58,797 nt of DNA from Tubiluchus corallicola (taxonomy: Eukaryota; Animalia; Priapulida), in NCBI GenBank assembly GCA_030141605.1, contig JAQGDQ010000814.1, forward strand, positions 34,027-92,823, written 5' to 3'. Shown in pieces: positions 51,451 through 58,797 of this stretch (the stretch's first letter is position 1; each line of letters starts with the position of its first letter). The notes beneath the pieces were generated by a model. The model was not told the origin of the DNA and did not search any database. It worked only from the letters and a program-made list of their open reading frames with translations. The translations under genes and the position numbers were made by a program.

Positions 51451-52879
51451 ATCCTGTAATCATTAATCAATTCTTTCTGATTTTGAAATTAACATTGTAC
51501 GTAGTTCTTAAAACTGATGTACGCTTCTAGCCGACTGATCAGTTCTAGCAAATGAAACGAAACTGCCACAATTTAAAGTTAAGGTATTAAAAGTTGAAAC
51601 TAGGGTTAAACTTATTACATGTCAGGTCTGGAATTTAAATGCCCAAATATAGTCAAACTGATTAACTGAAAAATATAAACTCATCATAATTATTTATTTT
51701 GAAATTGTGTAGAAAATTCTAACAATTTGAATACTATTCGATACACGCGATGGCTTAGTAGAACGTCAAATAGAATTATTTCAATTAATACTAAGCCATA
51801 AAATGTTTTTCCTTTTTAGGTGTACATACAGAATTTATTCATAAGCCGAAATTCCCTTTGATACCTGGTTAAACGATCGAGTATTCAAGTCACTCGCTCA
51901 TTCACTGCTACAGGTATGATAATAAGATTAGAGTGATAACAGGCTAGACCTGATTAACATTTCAAATAGAGGGTATTCCCATACAGATCCACTTACTTCG
52001 AGAGGTTCGCGTGCCAAGCAATCAAGCATTGTTATCACAAAGACAAGTTTTGTCAGAATATTGCATTATTCATGAAGTTAACCGTTTGATCTTATTGAAA
52101 GTTTCTAGATTTGAGCATCTTCCCTTGGTCGTGTGTTCTTGAATTGGTGACTGATAAGTGACTGGATATGTGCCATTGATAAATTGTTAATAGTTGCGTG
52201 GTTAAGAAAAAGCGTTAAACTGATTGACGAACATTTAAAAATTGGCTAGTATTATTAAACCTAATAAGGTGAATGCTTACATGAAGGCCTTAAATTTGAT
52301 TACATATGTACAGGATAGTATTACTGTACAACTTAGATTTACTGTACGTTTTCATTTAGATATTTGTTAAGAGCTGAGGCCGGGTACGTAGCATGCAAGG
52401 CGTTTTTAATAAGCTGGACAAAAATTCGTGAACATGTTTTTGCAGACTGCCAGTAAATTCCGAACATTTCCTGGCATTGTCGGCTACAGGACTCGTGTAT
52501 GAGCCCAACTTCCTGCTTTTGATTTTAGCTAATTAAATACGCAAGACGGGTCAACATAAGTTAACGAATGGGAGGTGAGCGTTGTGGTGGCTTTCATTTT
52601 TGTCACTGTGGGTCGTAACACAGGATAACAAATGCCAAAAGAAATGTCTTTACAGTTCACGTAACCTTGAGCTTATCTTACTTGATAAACGATGCCGATG
52701 TACAAAGCTGCCCCCTACCAAACAAGAAGAATTATATGCTTAGAAACGTTTAATGCTACAGCCTACAATAGCAGAACTTATTTTAAGCCGTGCTCGCTTC
52801 GCTGGTCATGAGCTATTGTTTGCCCGTTTCAATGGGCATGATGTGAATACGAACGCGGTTTAAACTACACAGCTTCGAC

Positions 52880-54325
<1,446 letters not shown>

Positions 54326-57300
54326 CATTCGGCTAAACTTCTCTGAATAAAAAAATAACAGTCTTGTATATCTGTGTTATCGTTATTCATGTTGTTTGGA
54401 ATAATGTCCAATGGGTGTGAGATCTTTTATACTGTGGAAGTTTTTAATGCATAAACTTGCAGCAGTTAATTGTTTGTTTGACGCGTTACTATTACGTACC
54501 ACTATGTACAAAACACAGTCATTGTAAACATAAATTTCGCTTATAAATAAAGTATCACATTAGTTTGCGGCGGATCGAAGTGTATACATTCTGCGAGTAT
54601 ACTGAAGTTTATACCAGCAAGCGTGAGAGGTTCTTACCACTGTGTTGATAATGCAATTAAGACTGATTATTATCTCACACCCCACTCCATTGCTTCATAT
54701 CAGTATTTTACTATTATTAACCGGTTTTGAGTTGAGTATTTTAAACTAGTAAGGTAAGGTTATATAATATACATGCATGTTGTAAATATTGTGGAAAAGT
54801 TAATATAAACTTTGTGACACTAGTTTTACCTGTTGGTAGGACTGATAAATAACGTTGTAAATATCGCGTGTTAGTTTTTCGCAATAATCAAAGTTAAGAA
54901 AATGCTCATCCATCTATGTAGGTTTCACCCGTCTTTCGGTTACCGTATTAAGATTATCTGTTAAGCAGGTAATGTCATCCTACACCAAAACTGTTTATTT
55001 TATGACGCGTTTGTAAATAGTATACGAGTAAAAACTTGTAAACTTATAACACAAATCAAAAGTGATACACGATAGTATTATTATGACAGATTGTTTTGTA
55101 AAAGCAATCGTTTGATTTTCTTATACTTATTATTATTTTTGCTATTTTTTCATGAGTTGTGTATAACGTTATGACGTTTTTAGTTTTTAAGTTACAGAAA
55201 TGCAGTTTTCTTGTTTGAGAGATACGTGACAATAAATTTATTCATTGGGATGTATACATTTTAGTAGTCTTTTGCAGATGGACTGCATGATGAAGCTCTT
55301 CAATTACAATTTTTAATCAAATAATTACCACTTTGATAGAAATTTCTGTACTGGCCTCCAGTGACTTTCGCTGCATGCGTGGAACTATGTTAGTTCTTAA
55401 CAATACTTGTCTACACGTCTATATAAAACTAAAAAAAGAAACTGGATCTGCCTGGTATGTGGTTGCAAGCTGCGTGTATTAGTGACTACTATTATTGCAA
55501 TATTAAGCGAATACCTCAATATTATTTTGAAGTTTATGGCTTTTTGTCATAACATTATGCTAAACAGTTTTATTTATATTGAAAATATGACTGAGAAATG
55601 TCGACTAATTATCGTGCAATTTTACAGCGCAGAAATTTTGGTAGTTTTCAAAATTATCTTTCTGTAAACCATTGGTTGCACTAAATTTATCTTGTATTAT
55701 TTCAGTATTATTGCACCGGTTTTTTTCCAAAAGACTTACAGGTATACACCTGCAGCAACTCATATCAATTCAATAACAATTTTAGTAAACACCGACGCTG
55801 TTAACAAAGCTAATAATAGTAGGCTGAGCATGGCGTGGCGAGTTTTCTGTATCAGGCAGCTTGATTAATAGAAAGGAGTTGCTTCATTTTCTTTCTTAAT
55901 TCTACGCCACTTCTTGATGAGAGTTCATCTTTTGTAGATACATGTATAAAGAAGCCTCATACAGTTTCCAATTTAGTTTTATTGTATTTCTTTTAATATT
56001 GTCCAGAAAAATAATAAGCTAACATTTCGATTCATTCATATATTCTTATATAAAAACCGACATATATTAAAAATAATTGCCACACTGAGAATTATTTTTA
56101 TTCTTTGTAAAACACATTTGATTTTAATTGATCTTACTTTAAAAATTAGTTATACGTCATTGCGAAAATTGTATCAAATGTTTCACTTCAAGTTGTTTCT
56201 TAAAATTACTGTTTAAATTACATTTGCGATAAATATTTTTGATGTGGGGCAAATGGTTAAAAATCGTCTATTTTGTGTAGGTAATATACAGCAACTCTTC
56301 GGCTTAACCTATTGTTCAGAGCAAAGGTGGTGTTAAACTTTACAAGACATTTAGCCCAGGGTGATTTAGAACGGCAGGTAACTCGGTTCCAGCACAAAAT
56401 CGTTCGCGTCTTAAATTTCAGTTCTGTAGAAGTATTATTAATAAAATACCATCTGTTCACAAAGTACGGTGCAGCTCACAATAAAAAGCTCATGTCGGTC
56501 ACAGGTCTTGTTGCAAAGGCGAAGTAATGAGTGAAAACTGAGTCAGAACTATTGAAAGGCTATTTTGGCTGCGTGGACAGGAATCTATGTGTATTCGAAA
56601 GCTATGTCTGCGTATAAAACTGTTTGTGGGTAATCATTGACGTATTTATGCATGCTTTGCGTGTAGCCTCTAGCGAAAGAAGAAATTACATTACAAATTT
56701 AGCTACTTAACGGCAAAAACTCATGCCTAACTAGATTGCTAATAAGTTTTTGTTGTTGTGTGATTGTTTACCATGTTTAACTCTGTGTTCTTTATTCTTT
56801 TAGTGTTGCCCTGTCGTCGTGGTAATAAACTTGCCGTGCACTACTAAAATATCACCAACACGCATTTTCATTAATAAAACATGGGAAGCATAGTAAACAA
56901 TAAGAATTTATTTCATGCACACAAATTGAAAAGTTCTATATTGTATAACACAGTGTGATAATACATTTAAGTTCTCACAGAGGCGAGTCTTAATATACAG
57001 TAATCTTACTAAGCCCTTCATAATTCGCCTGAAAAGTAATAATGCTCACAGTTTATTTACAAACAATGTATATAGACCAAATCAAATTTCATATAGCGTA
57101 GGAACTGTTGAAATTTATATGTTTATTGCGTTTTTAATTTTTTTAAATATTCGTTACATAGTAAATTTTTTGTAACGTCCTAACATGTGTGCCAATGTTG
57201 AATATTTGATGACATCTAGTTAACTAAAATAAAACTTAATTTCAAAAGATGAAATGTTGATTACAAGACTCGCTTTCTGGAAATGCAAAGAGTCGTTCTG

Positions 57301-58797
57301 AAGCATTTTTTCTTAGAATAAAGTCTATGAAATGGCAAATCTTAAGAGAGCACACAGTTATACAATGAATATCTTTTTTAAAATTTTAAGTTTGTGACTT
57401 GTTCCATTAATTTTTCGACTTTGCAAGGCTTACATAACTACCCTTACAGCATTATCACAATTACACCTCTGCAGAATTGGTATGCGTTCATTTCTGATAA
57501 TTTTTATTATTAGTGATGCCTAATTGACTTAATCAACATAATTTAAATTGTATGGAGAAAGCTGAGAGAATGGCTTGTGTACTTTACCGCATTTTACACT
57601 CTGCATACTCTACTCTACAGTATTTTGTATTTTTATTGATTACAGCTTTTAATAAGTCATGACAAATATTCGTTGTCATACTTTTATTAATTATAACAAA
57701 AACAGATTTTAGTGAGCGTTTGAAAAATCCTAGAACCAGTTTATTAAGGAGAAGGCTCGAATACATGTGTTTATAAAACTTGTTAAAATTAATATAACAT
57801 TTTTTTATTTTTTGCAACCTATGACAATTTTATACGTAATATTGAAATTTCGTTTTCTTGATTAACTATTTACCGGAATAAAAAATTAGAATCCTGACGC
57901 GGAGGGTGATAAATTTTAAAGTTCTTTTATGGCTCTGACTATACTCTAATAGCTATTTTGCGCCCGCAAGATTAGGCGCTGTCTACACAGATCACTGGGA
58001 ATAAAAGAAACAATAAAGTGGTTATTGTAATATTAAATCATAGTGTATTATTGACTGCGCTATTGTCGCTAACGCCGGGTTGTGTGCATGGTGGGAAACC
58101 CGGCGGCCGGTTGTTATTCTTAATGAAGCCAGAATCTGATATATTCCAGATTTTCTGGCGAGACGAGATTATCCGCGAGGTACACATCAGAGTTGAGGTG
58201 CAAGCGCGCGTCGCGGATCTGTGCTCACCCGCGTTGCAAAACCTATAGTTCCACCTGTTGCCCACGGAGATCAAAGAAAACACGTCTGTTGTCGGTTCTG
58301 CGGTGTTTAATAATGGGATTTGTTGAGCTTAGCTTCCTTCGATTTTGAAACTTCTCTTTCTTTTTGTTTTCTTTCTTTTGGTTGAATAGTTTTAAGCTCG
58401 TGTAGGGAAATTAAATGAAACAGACCTATACTGGACAGAGCAATCTTACTATTGCAAAATTATTGCTACACAATGGGCAACTCTGTGACACAATGAAAAA
58501 ATATACGTGTTATTTTATTTATAGGTAGACTCTAAAATACTACAGTTTTTGCGTTCACAGTGTTCATAAAATATCGATCCACAAAGACAATCTTCGATTT
58601 ATTTAGTATTCTCCTAACAATGTCTTCTTTTATTTTATTTTTGAAGTAGTCTATTTTTGAAGTATTTGGAAATAGTAACGTAAAAAATTTTACAAGCTTC
58701 TTTACGATCCTTTCATTAATTTAGCTAGTTTCTTTTATATGTTTCAAGTAAACTGAACAAATTACCCACACCTCATTTGAGGTGCATATGTACAGCA

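Noticed and set aside
58320-58400. FQNRR homeobox-like motif on the minus strand
   Set aside because: Lacks the invariant Trp and the preceding helices; lies in Lys-rich low-complexity sequence

Overview
AT-rich invertebrate metazoan genomic DNA with two host genes on the + strand. The first is an 8-exon NUP43 (CDS 1062..16898, 349 aa by my splice model). The second is an intronless class III POU homeobox gene (53120..54325). NUP43 intron 1 holds a very recent, full-length antisense BEL/Pao LTR retrotransposon (1340..8533): 390-bp LTRs differing at 2 positions, TSD TCAAC. Its Gag begins with a SAP domain, it lacks a canonical tRNA primer site, and its single polyprotein is split by one 8-bp tandem duplication. 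The rest of the window is a graveyard of older elements (Gmr1-type and other Gypsy, a second BEL, L2/CR1-type LINEs, hAT, Harbinger and Tc1/mariner-pogo derivatives). It also has a higher-order tandem array flanked by inverted repeats and a recurrent 25-bp palindrome. A sharp CpG-depletion boundary near 41 kb hints at an unannotated minus-strand transcript and an unmethylated regulatory domain around POU3. All calls are by eye; no searches were run.
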